Shown: positions 51,995-62,970 of the stretch, piece by piece
Layout: each line of letters starts with the position of its first letter
How positions within the stretch are numbered: position 1 is the first letter of the stretch
Assembly (NCBI RefSeq): GCF_003334815.1
Contig: NZ_QOWO01000012.1
Length of the DNA stretch: 64,000 nt
Origin: Escherichia coli
GTDB lineage: Bacteria > Pseudomonadota > Gammaproteobacteria > Enterobacterales > Enterobacteriaceae
Reading direction: 5' to 3' (one strand)
Position numbers and translations under genes: made by a program
Notes under the pieces: model-generated
What the model was told of the DNA's origin: nothing
Databases searched by the model: none
What the model saw: only the letters and a program-made list of their open reading frames with translations

Positions 51995-52741
51995 ATGGCT
52001 GATTGGGTAACAGGCAAAGTCACTAAAGTGCAGAACTGGACCGACGCCCTGTTTAGTCTCACCGTTCACGCCCCCGTGCTTCCGTTTACCGCCGGGCAAT
52101 TTACCAAGCTTGGCCTTGAAATCGACGGCGAACGCGTCCAGCGCGCCTACTCCTATGTAAACTCGCCCGATAATCCCGATCTGGAGTTTTACCTGGTCAC
52201 CGTCCCCGATGGCAAATTAAGCCCACGACTGGCGGCACTGAAACCAGGCGATGAAGTGCAGGTGGTTAGCGAAGCGGCAGGATTCTTTGTGCTCGATGAA
52301 GTGCCGCACTGCGAAACGCTATGGATGCTGGCAACCGGTACAGCGATTGGCCCTTATTTATCGATTCTGCAACTAGGTAAAGATTTAGATCGCTTCAAAA
52401 ATCTGGTCCTGGTGCACGCCGCACGTTATGCCGCCGACTTAAGCTATTTGCCACTGATGCAGGAACTGGAAAAACGCTACGAAGGAAAACTGCGCATTCA
52501 GACGGTGGTCAGTCGGGAAACGGCAGCGGGGTCGCTCACCGGACGGATACCGGCATTAATTGAAAGTGGGGAACTGGAAAGCACGATTGGCCTGCCGATG
52601 AATAAAGAAACCAGCCATGTGATGCTGTGCGGCAATCCACAGATGGTGCGCGATACACAACAGTTGCTGAAAGAGACCCGGCAGATGACGAAACATTTAC
52701 GTCGCCGACCGGGCCATATGACAGCGGAGCATTACTGGTAA
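51995..52741 (+). CDS. fpr: Ferredoxin/flavodoxin-NADP+ reductase
   Basis: 248-aa ORF; FAD-binding RAYS motif and C-terminal aromatic residue. Confidence 0.95.
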   Translation: MADWVTGKVTKVQNWTDALFSLTVHAPVLPFTAGQFTKLGLEIDGERVQRAYSYVNSPDNPDLEFYLVTVPDGKLSPRLAALKPGDEVQVVSEAAGFFVLDEVPHCETLWMLATGTAIGPYLSILQLGKDLDRFKNLVLVHAARYAADLSYLPLMQELEKRYEGKLRIQTVVSRETAAGSLTGRIPALIESGELESTIGLPMNKETSHVMLCGNPQMVRDTQQLLKETRQMTKHLRRRPGHMTAEHYW

Positions 52742-52745
52742 GCGG

Positions 52746-53174
52746 TTACTTATCGATAAACGGCACGATGAGCAAATCCGCACTCATCTTATTGATCATC
52801 CCGCGATATGCCGGCATCAAACGGTTGATAAATGAGTGATGATGACCACAGACAAGGAGGTCGCACTGCTCTTTTTGCATAATTTCCAGCAGTGTTTCCG
52901 GCATTTCTCCGCGTTCAATACGCAGTTTTGTCTTCGGCCATTGAATATTTTTCGTCAGTTTATACAGCTTGTTATCCGACTTATTCTTCAACAATTGAAG
53001 AATATCTTCTGTTGCAGGGAAGTAGATACCCGGATACAACTCGCTTAAGCCATCATCAATATGAATTAACGTCAGGTGAGCGTCATTATGTCTGGCGAGC
53101 TCCAGGGCTTTATTCACCAGTAAGGCATCTTCTTCATTCCCGGAAATTGCCACGCCAATGTGTTTATAAGCCAT
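52746..53174 (-). CDS. uspD: Universal stress protein D
   Basis: 142-aa [19 protein letters not shown] of the UspA family. Confidence 0.9.
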
Positions 53175-53200
53175 GTTTAACTCCTTCTAAAGCAACTCCA

Positions 53201-53500
53201 TCAAGCTAACGAACGCAGTGATAACTCAAAAATAATCATCTCGGCCTGGCATGAGAAAGTGAAGGCCGCATCAAGCTCAACTTGCCCCTCCAGATCCTTA
53301 ATCTTATAGGCCACGCTGGCCCCTTCATCTGCAGAGGATGTAGCGGCGGCAAGCTCTTTCAGTTTGGTCATAAAAGACTCTGCTTCTTCGCGGGTGGCAA
53401 AAAAGCGCGAAAACTTACTGGTACAGTTGTCGTTATCAATCACCGTACCGATATCAATCGCACATCCTTTAGTACTGCATTTATCTACGACATCTTTCAT
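53201..53500 (-). CDS. yiiS: DUF406-family protein YiiS
   Basis: 99-aa [33 protein letters not shown]; recognised as conserved YiiS. Confidence 0.8.
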
Positions 53501-53711
53501 AGGGCACCTCTGTATATTCGCCTCTCTGTCGATTACGACTTAAGAATAATGCGCCGTTAAGGGAAGAACAAACAAGTAATGATCTTATGGATTACCATTT
53601 TTTTTGATATTGCTTAAGGTGAAGAGTTCAGAAGGATTTTCCGGGTATTGTCATTTGCATCGTGGAAATAACAATCCCGGAAAAAAATAGCAGTAAGAGA
53701 TATATTAAAGG

Positions 53712-54152
53712 TTAATTACTTGATTTATTGTCGGCTTTATACTTCACATCCTGAGTATCTTTACCATATTTATTTTCGCCTTGTGTGCCAACAAACGCAC
53801 CAAGATCGATAAGCATCATCACCAGAATCAACGTCGGGACAAAACGCCCCACCGCCCATTGCCAGACACCCGGTAAAATCGCCCAGTTACCCGCCAGCAG
53901 CATCCACGCCACAATCATCAGAAATGCCCATGCGCCGGAACGCCCGCGATCATGCAAGCGCTTAACAGTTACTGCCGCTGTTGGCCAGAGCAAGCACACA
54001 AGGCAAAACGCCGCGGTCTGAATATCGAGTAGATTCTTACCCGCCAGTGAGAAAAGCACCAGCATGCCTGCGAACCACAGGCCTATCCAAATCCAGAAAT
54101 CACGGCGTCCAATACGCCCTTTAAATGAGAATAACCATTGCTGTATGGTCAT
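53712..54152 (-). CDS. yiiR: DUF805-family inner-membrane protein YiiR
   Basis: 146-aa ORF with three to four predicted TM helices. Confidence 0.8.
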   Translation of the reverse strand: MTIQQWLFSFKGRIGRRDFWIWIGLWFAGMLVLFSLAGKNLLDIQTAAFCLVCLLWPTAAVTVKRLHDRGRSGAWAFLMIVAWMLLAGNWAILPGVWQWAVGRFVPTLILVMMLIDLGAFVGTQGENKYGKDTQDVKYKADNKSSN

Positions 54153-54252
54153 GTAAGTTCCTTGATGGTTGTCTTTTCCAGGATTCTACCCTTTTGACAA
54201 GGGCGACAGATATCGTTTTAATCGGAGCCAGTCATAACAAAAGGTACTGTCA

Positions 54253-54852
54253 ATGAAGCCAGGGTGTACGCTGTTTTTTCTCTTATGTTCTGCATTAACC
54301 GTTACAACAGCGGCGCATGCACAAACACCAGATACGGCAACGACCGCGCCTTATCTGCTGGCTGGAGCCCCTACTTTCGATCTCTCCATCAGCCAGTTTC
54401 GAGAAGACTTTAACAGCCAGAATCCCAGCCTGCCACTGAACGAATTTCGTGCCATCGACAGCAGTCCCGACAAAGCCAATCTCACTCGTGCTGCAAGTAA
54501 AATTAATGAGAACTTGTATGCTTCTACAGCGCTGGAGCGCGGTACCTTAAAAATCAAAAGCATTCAAATGACCTGGCTACCCATCCAGGGGCCAGAGCAA
54601 AAAGCCGCGAAAGCGAAAGCTCAGGAATACATGGCAGCGGTGATCCGCACACTCACCCCATTAATGACCAAAACACAAAGCCAGAAAAAACTGCAGTCGC
54701 TACTAACGGCGGGGAAAAACAAACGTTATTACACCGAGACAGAAGGTGCACTGCGTTATGTTGTCGCGGACAACGGCGAAAAGGGGCTGACCTTCGCTGT
54801 TGAACCGATTAAGCTGGCGCTATCTGAATCGCTTGAAGGTTTGAATAAATGA
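54253..54852 (+). CDS. yiiQ: DUF1454-family exported protein YiiQ
   Basis: 199-aa ORF with signal peptide MKPGCTLFFLLCSALTVTTAAHA. Confidence 0.8.
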   Translation: MKPGCTLFFLLCSALTVTTAAHAQTPDTATTAPYLLAGAPTFDLSISQFREDFNSQNPSLPLNEFRAIDSSPDKANLTRAASKINENLYASTALERGTLKIKSIQMTWLPIQGPEQKAAKAKAQEYMAAVIRTLTPLMTKTQSQKKLQSLLTAGKNKRYYTETEGALRYVVADNGEKGLTFAVEPIKLALSESLEGLNK

Positions 54853-54959
54853 CAAAAAGCAAAGCCTTTGTGCCGATGAATCTCTATACTGTTTCACAGA
54901 CCTGCTGCCCTGCGGGGCGGCCATCTTCCTTTATTCGCTTATAAGCGTGGAGAATTAAA

Positions 54960-55727
54960 ATGCGACATCCTTTAGTGATGGGTAACTGGAAACTGAACGG
55001 CAGCCGCCACATGGTTCACGAGCTGGTTTCTAACCTGCGTAAAGAGCTGGCAGGTGTTGCTGGCTGTGCGGTTGCAATCGCACCACCGGAAATGTATATC
55101 GATATGGCGAAGCGCGAAGCTGAAGGCAGCCACATCATGCTGGGTGCGCAAAACGTGGACCTGAACCTGTCCGGCGCATTCACCGGTGAAACCTCTGCTG
55201 CTATGCTGAAAGACATCGGCGCACAGTACATCATCATCGGTCACTCTGAACGTCGTACTTACCACAAAGAATCTGACGAACTGATCGCGAAAAAATTCGC
55301 GGTGCTGAAAGAGCAGGGCCTGACTCCGGTTCTGTGCATCGGTGAAACCGAAGCTGAAAATGAAGCGGGCAAAACTGAAGAAGTTTGCGCACGTCAGATC
55401 GACGCGGTACTGAAAACTCAGGGTGCTGCGGCATTCGAAGGTGCGGTTATCGCTTACGAACCTGTATGGGCAATCGGTACTGGCAAATCTGCAACTCCGG
55501 CTCAGGCACAGGCTGTTCACAAATTCATCCGTGACCACATCGCTAAAGTTGACGCTAACATCGCTGAACAAGTGATCATTCAGTACGGCGGCTCTGTAAA
55601 CGCGTCTAACGCTGCAGAACTGTTTGCTCAGCCGGATATCGACGGCGCGCTGGTTGGTGGTGCTTCTCTGAAAGCTGACGCCTTCGCAGTAATCGTTAAA
55701 GCTGCAGAAGCGGCTAAACAGGCTTAA
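54960..55727 (+). CDS. tpiA: Triosephosphate isomerase
   Basis: 255-aa ORF; catalytic motifs [15 protein letters not shown] and [11 protein letters not shown]. Confidence 0.98.
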
Positions 55728-55736
55728 GTCTGACAG

Positions 55737-55759
55737 GTGCCGGATTTCATATCCGGCAC
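55737..55759. terminator. Hairpin between convergent tpiA and cdh
   Basis: Stem GTGCCGGAT / ATCCGGCAC with loop TTCAT, followed by TTACTTTCCTT. Confidence 0.6.
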
Positions 55760-55781
55760 TTACTTTCCTTAACTCTTCGCC

Positions 55782-56537
55782 TTAACGCAAAATCTCACAC
55801 TGATGATCCTGAATTTCCTCGGCTGAAGCACGGTTAAGCGTCAGTAGATTTCGTTGTGTCGCCAGCAATACAAATGAGTTATCACTCTGCCGTACCATCG
55901 CCAGCCCGTAGCGTCCCATATGTTCCCGCGCCTCAGGTACTTCTTCTGCCAGCATCATAAATGGGCTGCGTTGTACCAGTTCGCTTTCCGTTACCCGACG
56001 CGCCAGGTATTCATGCCCGCGCAAACCACCTGGCAGTGGCAACCAGCGGCTGCTGATGTTCGCCAGATTGTTATCCAGCTGTTTGCGCACATCAGGACGA
56101 ATACAAGAGATATGAATATGAAAATGGTTTTGCGTACGCCCGGTGCGGGAGTTGATCGCCAAAGAAACCGCGCGATCGGGAACCGGCTGGCCGTATTTTT
56201 TGCTCATAAAATCACGCGCCTGCCAAGCCAACCAAAAGAAGTTCGGCGTTGAAGGATCGGTCAACAAAGGACTTTCAGTACCGTTAATACGATACGTTGG
56301 CATCAACAGATATTGCAGTGGGCCATTAAGATCTTTTAAAACCACGTATCCGGCATTGGGTTTGACTTCCGCACATGGCGAAGGATTTTGATTTTGCTGC
56401 TGATTGGGCAAACATTCCTCAAGGACAATCTTACGTAATGTATCCGACTCTTCACCGGTTAATTTCCAGTAACCAATACCGGCAGCCACAACGGCGATAA
56501 CTATCATCACCAAAAAAAGAAGACCCGCTTTTTTCAT
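55782..56537 (-). CDS. cdh: CDP-diacylglycerol pyrophosphatase
   Basis: ORF 55782..56729 trimmed to [20 protein letters not shown] (251 aa). Confidence 0.9.
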
Positions 56538-56643
56538 CTTTTTTTCCCTGTACCTCAAAGAGATGCAAGGGTAACGCAAAATCGTGACAAATAAAAAACC
56601 CGGTCGCGAGAAACCACCGGGTTTGATAATTATCCTGGGGAAA

Positions 56644-57633
56644 TCAGCGTTTGCTGATCTGATCGAACGTACCGCCGTTAGCAAAATGCTCTTTTTGCGC
56701 TTTCGTCCAGCCGCCGAACTCTTCATCAATGGTGAATAACTTCAGCTTTGGAAACGCATTTTCGTACTTTTTCGCCACCTCAGCGTCGCGCGGACGGTAG
56801 TAGTTTTTCGCGGCAATTTCCTGACCTTCTGGCGAGTAGAGATATTTCAGGTAGGCTTCCGCCACCTCTTTAGTACCTTTTTTCTCGACCACTTTATCGA
56901 CCACCGACACGGTTGGCTCTGCGAGGATAGACTCACTCGGCGTGACGATTTCGAATTTATCTTTCCCCAGTTCATTCGCTGCCAGCAGAGCTTCGTTTTC
57001 CCAGGCAATCAGTACATCGCCAATTCCGCGCTCGACAAAAGTGTTAGTGGAGCCACGCGCGCCAGAATCCAGAACTTCGACGTTTTTATACAGTGCCCGA
57101 ACAAAATCCTGTGCTTTTGCCTGATCGTTGTTGTTGTGATGCAGCGCGTAGCCCCAGGCTGCCAGGTAGTTCCAGCGCGCGCCACCAGAGCTTTTCGGAT
57201 TAGGCGTGATCACCGAAACACCCGGTTTAATCAGATCGTTCCAGTCATGGATCTGCTTCGGATTTCCCTTACGTACCAGGAAAACAATGGTGGAAGTGTA
57301 CGGTGCGGAGTTATCCGGCAGACGTTTGATCCACTCTTTATCAATCCGCCCGCGTTCCGCAATTGCGTCCACGTCATAGGCCAGAGCCAGCGTGACAACA
57401 TCAGCTTCAATACCGTTGATTACCGACGTCGCTTGTTTACCTGAGCCACCGTGTGACTGACGAATCACCACGTTATCACCAGTTTGCTGTTTCCAGTGGG
57501 CGCTGAATGCCTTGTTGTACTGTTCGTACAATTCGCGCGTTGGATCATATGAAACGTTAAGAAGCTGAATATCCTTTGCCATAACGCTGGTTGCCGCCAG
57601 CAAAAATGTTAACCCTACGCCCCACTTGTTCAT
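56644..57633 (-). CDS. sbp: Periplasmic sulfate-binding protein
   Basis: 329-aa ORF with signal peptide [19 protein letters not shown]; sulfate/thiosulfate ABC substrate-binding family. Confidence 0.95.
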
Positions 57634-57798
57634 CGCCCGACTCTCTTATGTTGTGTTGTGATGAGCAAAGCGTGCCAGAAGGTTAACCAAACATTAAAGA
57701 ATAAAAAAAGATTGGCTATAACTTGCGGGTATATGTTGAGGGATTAAAAAGGCGGAAGAAATCCGCCTCATATTGCTGACAAAGTGCGCTTTGTCCAT

Positions 57799-57897
57799 GC
57801 CGGATGCGGCGCGAACGCCTTATCCGGCCTACAAAAGTTTGCAAATTCAATAAATTGCAGAATTCATGTAGGCCTGATAAGCGAAGCGCATCAGGCA
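57799..57897. repeat. BIME (inverted REP pair)
   Basis: GCCGGATGCGGCGCGAACGCCTTATCCGGCCTACA ... GTAGGCCTGATAAGCGAAGCGCATCAGGCA. Confidence 0.85.
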
Positions 57898-57952
57898 TTT
57901 TTGCTTCTGTCATCGGTTTCAGGGTAAAGGAATCTGCCTTTTTCCGAAATCA

Positions 57953-58915
57953 TTAATACAGTTTTTTCGCGCAGTCCAGCCAGTCACCTTTGAACGGACG
58001 CTTCATGTTTTCGATAGCGTCGATGATGTCGTGGTGAACCAGCTGTTCGTTCTGGATACCTACACAACGACCGCCGTAACCTGCCAGCAGCAGATCGATA
58101 GCGTAAGCGCCCATACGGGAAGCCAGAATACGGTCGTAAGGCACCGGAGAACCACCGCGCTGGATGTGGCCCAGCACAGTTGCGCGGGTTTCACGACCGG
58201 TTTCTTTCTCGATGAAATGCGCCAGTTCGTCAACATCACACATATGTTCGGTAATCGCCACGATCGCGTGTTTTTTACCTTTCGCGATACCCGCTTTGAT
58301 TTCGTTTACCAGGTCTTCACGGCTGAATTCAACTTCCGGAACCACAACGAATTCACAGCCACCGGCAATGGCCGCAGCCAACGTCAGATCTCCACAATAA
58401 CGGCCCATCACTTCCACCACGGAAATACGCTGGTGAGAAGAAGAGGTGTCACGCAGACGGTCGATCGCTTCTACAACGGTGCTCAGCGCAGTGAAGAAAC
58501 CGATAGTGTAGTCAGTGCCTTTGATGTCGTTGTCGATAGTGCCCGGCAGACCGATGCACGGGAAGCCCATTTCGGTCAGACGCATTGCACCCATGTAGGA
58601 ACCGTCACCGCCGATAACCACCAGCGCGTCGATACCACGTTTTTTCAGGTTTTCGATAGCCACGGCGCGGATGTTCTCGTCGCGGAATTCCGGGAAACGC
58701 GCAGAACCGAGGAACGTACCGCCACGGTTGATCATGTCAGACACGCTGTAACGGTCTAGCTGTACCATACGGTCTTCATACAGACCCAGATAGCCGTCAT
58801 AAATACCCATTACTTCCAGACCTTCTGTCAGCGCAGAACGAACAACCCCGCGAATTGCGGCGTTCATGCCTGGCGCATCACCGCCGCTTGTCAACACACC
58901 GATTTTCTTAATCAT
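57953..58915 (-). CDS. pfkA: ATP-dependent 6-phosphofructokinase I
   Basis: ORF 57953..59011 trimmed to [23 protein letters not shown] (320 aa). Confidence 0.97.
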
Positions 58916-59095
58916 GACTACCTCTGAACTTTGGAATGCAAAATGAAATCTGTTGCCGGAAGTCTTCTTGCACATCGAAGTGATCCAACGAATGTGCAAA
59001 TAGTATAACAATCACTTCCTGCTGAATTGATTCAGGTCAGGCCAAATGGCGGTATTTTATACACAAAATGCGGGTCTGGCTCTCTTTTATACTGA

Positions 59096-59998
59096 TTATG
59101 AAAGCATAGACCGTTTACCCTCCCTGGGTACGACGGAACAGGGGTCCTGATGGATAATTACATCCGATCCCGGAAAACGCCGTAAAATAGCCTGCTCTAC
59201 CTGATCCGCCACCATATGTGCCTGAACCAAAGGCAGAGAGTCTTCCATTTCCAAATGAATCTGAATAAAGCGGGTCGGCCCTGACTGCCGCGTGCGAAGA
59301 TCGTGAGCGCCGCTAACACCCGGCCAGGAAGTCACGATATCAATAATTTCTTGCCGTTCCTCATCAGGCAATGCGCGATCCAGTAATGACTGTACCGCCT
59401 CATATCCCATGCGTAACGCGCTATATAAAATATAGATGCCGATTCCCAATGCAAACAGAGCATCGGCGCGATGCCAGCCGTACCAGGACAACCCCAGCGC
59501 CAGCAGAATTGCGCCGTTCATCATAACATCAGACTGGTAATGTAGCATATCAGCCCGCACCGCCTGGCTTTGCGTCCGCCGCACCACCCAACGCTGAAAC
59601 GAGACAAGGATAATCGTACAAATTAGCGCCACAATTGTCACGATAACCCCGACGCCTGGATCTGTCATCGGTGTTGGAGATATCAGATGTTGAATACCCG
59701 TCAAAAACAGGAATAGTGCCGAACCGGAGATAAACATACTTTGCGCCAGCGCCGCGAGGGACTCAGCTTTACCGTGACCAAACGAGTGATTATCGTCGGC
59801 AGGTTGCAGGGAATATCGCACCACCAATAAATTCGTCAACGACGCGCCGATATCCACCAGCGAATCCACCAGCGCGGCGAGAATACTCACCGACCCGGTA
59901 TACCACCATGCAAAAATTTTAATCAGCAATAGCAGCGAAGCCATCGCCGTCGCAGCAATCGCCGCCCGACTGACCAGCCGTCCATAAGATTGATTCAT
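59096..59998 (-). CDS. fieF: Cation diffusion facilitator Fe/Zn efflux transporter
   Basis: ORF 59096..60016 trimmed to [17 protein letters not shown] (300 aa); CDF family. Confidence 0.93.
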
Positions 59999-60079
59999 AA
60001 ATACTCCCGCTATCAACTGACGCTAGTATAACGGAAGCAAATCATCTGCAATGCATTAAGCAGCAGGCAAATTGAGGAT

Positions 60080-60146
60080 AAAAAAAACCCCCACAGCATG
60101 TGGGGGAAGACAGGGATGGTGTCTATGGCAAGGAAAACAGGGTTTA
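60080..60146 (-). ncRNA. cpxQ: cpxP 3'UTR with intrinsic terminator (CpxQ sRNA region)
   Basis: 67 nt between the cpxP stop and the end of the terminator (minus-strand stem from 60088..60106 followed by T8); CpxQ is known to be processed from the cpxP 3'UTR. Confidence 0.7.
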
Positions 60147-60647
60147 CTACTGGGAACGTGAGTTGCTACTACTCAATAGCTTCAACGATGAACTTTTTTG
60201 CCATTGCGTCACGTCACGCAACTGCTCCATTCGTTGTTGATGTTTCTCGTTTAAAACCGCTTGCTGCTCCGGCGTTAACAGGCGATACATTTGGTTGCGG
60301 ACTTTTGCCATCTCAACCTGACGAGCAATTTGCTCATTCGCCATTTTTTCTGCCTGTGCGCGCACAGCGTTTTCATCAAAATTTTCTGCGGTGACAAGGC
60401 GATGCATTGTCTCCAGTTCGCTAACATTAACAGGAGGCTGTTCGTGCCGGGCCTGTTGCATAAGATCTCGCATCTGCTGACGCTGATGTTCGGTTAAACT
60501 TATGCCGTCGAACATATGGCTCTGCGTACTGCGCTGCGTAAGTTCTTCACCCGGATGCCAGTTATCGCCTGAACCGACTTCAGCAGCGTGGCTTAATGAA
60601 CTGACTGCCAGCGTTGAGGCCATGACGGCAGCGGTAACTATGCGCAT
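60147..60647 (-). CDS. cpxP: Periplasmic adaptor/inhibitor of the Cpx envelope stress system
   Basis: ORF 60147..60650 trimmed to [21 protein letters not shown]; two LTxxQ motifs. Confidence 0.93.
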
Positions 60648-60726
60648 CATTTGCTCCCAAAATCTTTCTGTCGCGATTCAACGATAGAGAGTTTACGATT
60701 CAGGCTGCAAACATGCGTCAGGGGGT

Positions 60727-60741
60727 GTAAAACAACGTAAA
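60727..60741. promoter_or_regulatory. CpxR-P box in the cpxP / cpxRA divergent region
   Basis: Exact GTAAA-N5-GTAAA (GTAAAACAACGTAAA); a further inverted half-site GTTTAC at 60692..60697. Confidence 0.8.
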
Positions 60742-60796
60742 GTCATGGATTAGCGACGTCTGATGACGTAATTTCTGCCTCGGAGGTATTTAAACA

Positions 60797-61495
60797 ATGA
60801 ATAAAATCCTGTTAGTTGATGATGACCGAGAGCTGACTTCCCTATTAAAGGAGCTGCTCGAGATGGAAGGCTTCAACGTGATTGTTGCCCACGATGGGGA
60901 ACAGGCGCTTGATCTTCTGGACGACAGCATTGATTTACTTTTGCTTGACGTAATGATGCCGAAGAAAAATGGTATCGACACATTAAAAGCACTTCGCCAG
61001 ACACACCAGACGCCTGTCATTATGTTGACGGCGCGCGGCAGTGAACTTGATCGCGTTCTCGGCCTTGAGCTGGGCGCAGATGACTATCTCCCGAAACCGT
61101 TTAATGATCGTGAGCTGGTGGCACGTATTCGCGCGATCCTGCGCCGTTCGCACTGGAGCGAGCAACAGCAAAACAACGACAACGGTTCACCGACACTGGA
61201 AGTTGATGCCTTAGTGCTGAATCCAGGCCGTCAGGAAGCCAGCTTCGACGGGCAAACGCTGGAGTTAACCGGTACTGAGTTTACCCTGCTCTATTTGCTG
61301 GCACAGCATCTGGGTCAGGTGGTTTCCCGTGAACATTTAAGCCAGGAAGTGTTGGGCAAACGCCTGACGCCTTTCGACCGCGCTATTGATATGCACATTT
61401 CCAACCTGCGTCGTAAACTGCCGGATCGTAAAGATGGTCACCCGTGGTTTAAAACCTTGCGTGGTCGCGGCTATCTGATGGTTTCTGCTTCATGA
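60797..61495 (+). CDS. cpxR: OmpR-family response regulator CpxR
   Basis: 232-aa ORF; receiver domain (LLLDVMMP) plus winged-helix output domain. Confidence 0.97.
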   Translation: MNKILLVDDDRELTSLLKELLEMEGFNVIVAHDGEQALDLLDDSIDLLLLDVMMPKKNGIDTLKALRQTHQTPVIMLTARGSELDRVLGLELGADDYLPKPFNDRELVARIRAILRRSHWSEQQQNNDNGSPTLEVDALVLNPGRQEASFDGQTLELTGTEFTLLYLLAQHLGQVVSREHLSQEVLGKRLTPFDRAIDMHISNLRRKLPDRKDGHPWFKTLRGRGYLMVSAS

Positions 61496-62865
61496 TAGGC
61501 AGCTTAACCGCGCGCATCTTCGCCATCTTCTGGCTGACGCTGGCGCTGGTGTTGATGTTGGTTTTGATGTTACCCAAGCTCGATTCACGCCAGATGACCG
61601 AGCTTCTGGATAGCGAACAGCGTCAGGGGCTGATGATTGAGCAGCATGTCGAAGCGGAGCTGGCGAACGATCCGCCCAACGATTTAATGTGGTGGCGGCG
61701 TCTGTTCCGGGCGATTGATAAGTGGGCACCGCCAGGACAGCGTTTGTTATTGGTGACCACCGAAGGCCGCGTGATCGGCGCTGAACGCAGCGAAATGCAG
61801 ATCATTCGTAACTTTATTGGTCAGGCCGATAACGCCGATCATCCGCAGAAGAAAAAGTATGGCCGCGTGGAACTGGTCGGTCCGTTCTCCGTGCGTGATG
61901 GCGAAGATAATTACCAACTTTATCTGATTCGTCCGGCCAGCAGTTCTCAATCCGATTTCATTAACTTACTGTTTGACCGCCCGCTATTACTGCTGATTGT
62001 CACCATGTTGGTCAGTACGCCGCTGCTGTTGTGGTTGGCCTGGAGTCTGGCAAAACCGGCGCGTAAGCTGAAAAACGCTGCCGATGAAGTTGCCCAGGGA
62101 AACTTACGCCAGCACCCGGAACTGGAAGCGGGGCCACAGGAATTCCTTGCCGCAGGTGCCAGTTTTAACCAGATGGTCACCGCGCTGGAGCGCATGATGA
62201 CCTCTCAGCAGCGTCTGCTTTCTGATATCTCTCACGAGCTGCGCACCCCGCTGACGCGTCTGCAACTGGGTACGGCGTTACTGCGCCGTCGTAGCGGTGA
62301 AAGCAAGGAACTGGAGCGTATTGAAACCGAAGCGCAACGTCTGGACAGCATGATCAACGATCTGTTGGTGATGTCACGTAATCAGCAAAAAAACGCGCTG
62401 GTTAGCGAAACCATCAAAGCCAACCAGTTGTGGAGTGAAGTGCTGGATAACGCGGCGTTCGAAGCCGAGCAAATGGGCAAGTCGTTGACAGTTAACTTCC
62501 CGCCTGGGCCGTGGCCGCTGTACGGCAATCCGAACGCCCTGGAAAGTGCGCTGGAAAACATTGTTCGTAATGCTCTGCGTTATTCCCATACGAAGATTGA
62601 AGTGGGCTTTGCGGTAGATAAAGACGGTATCACCATTACGGTGGACGACGATGGTCCTGGCGTTAGCCCGGAAGATCGCGAACAGATTTTCCGTCCGTTC
62701 TATCGTACCGATGAAGCACGCGATCGTGAATCTGGCGGTACAGGTTTGGGGCTGGCGATTGTTGAAACCGCCATTCAGCAGCATCGTGGCTGGGTGAAGG
62801 CAGAAGACAGCCCGCTGGGCGGTTTACGGCTGGTGATTTGGTTGCCGCTGTATAAGCGGAGTTAA
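61492..62865 (+). CDS. cpxA: Sensor histidine kinase CpxA
   Basis: 457-aa ORF; two TM helices, HAMP, H-box SHELRTPLT, ATPase G-boxes; start overlaps the cpxR stop (ATGA). Confidence 0.97.
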   Translation: MIGSLTARIFAIFWLTLALVLMLVLMLPKLDSRQMTELLDSEQRQGLMIEQHVEAELANDPPNDLMWWRRLFRAIDKWAPPGQRLLLVTTEGRVIGAERSEMQIIRNFIGQADNADHPQKKKYGRVELVGPFSVRDGEDNYQLYLIRPASSSQSDFINLLFDRPLLLLIVTMLVSTPLLLWLAWSLAKPARKLKNAADEVAQGNLRQHPELEAGPQEFLAAGASFNQMVTALERMMTSQQRLLSDISHELRTPLTRLQLGTALLRRRSGESKELERIETEAQRLDSMINDLLVMSRNQQKNALVSETIKANQLWSEVLDNAAFEAEQMGKSLTVNFPPGPWPLYGNPNALESALENIVRNALRYSHTKIEVGFAVDKDGITITVDDDGPGVSPEDREQIFRPFYRTDEARDRESGGTGLGLAIVETAIQQHRGWVKAEDSPLGGLRLVIWLPLYKRS

Positions 62866-62880
62866 ACTTCGCATTTGCAG

Positions 62881-62961
62881 GCAGGATAAGGCGTTTACGC
62901 CGCATCCGGCATTTGAGCAGGATGCCTGATGCGACGCTGATAGCGTCTTATCAGGCCTACA
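62881..62961. repeat. BIME (inverted REP pair)
   Basis: GCAGGATAAGGCGTTTACGCCGCATCCGGCA ... GCCTGATGCGACGCTGATAGCGTCTTATCAGGCCTACA. Confidence 0.85.
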
Positions 62962-62970
62962 CTCCGGGGG

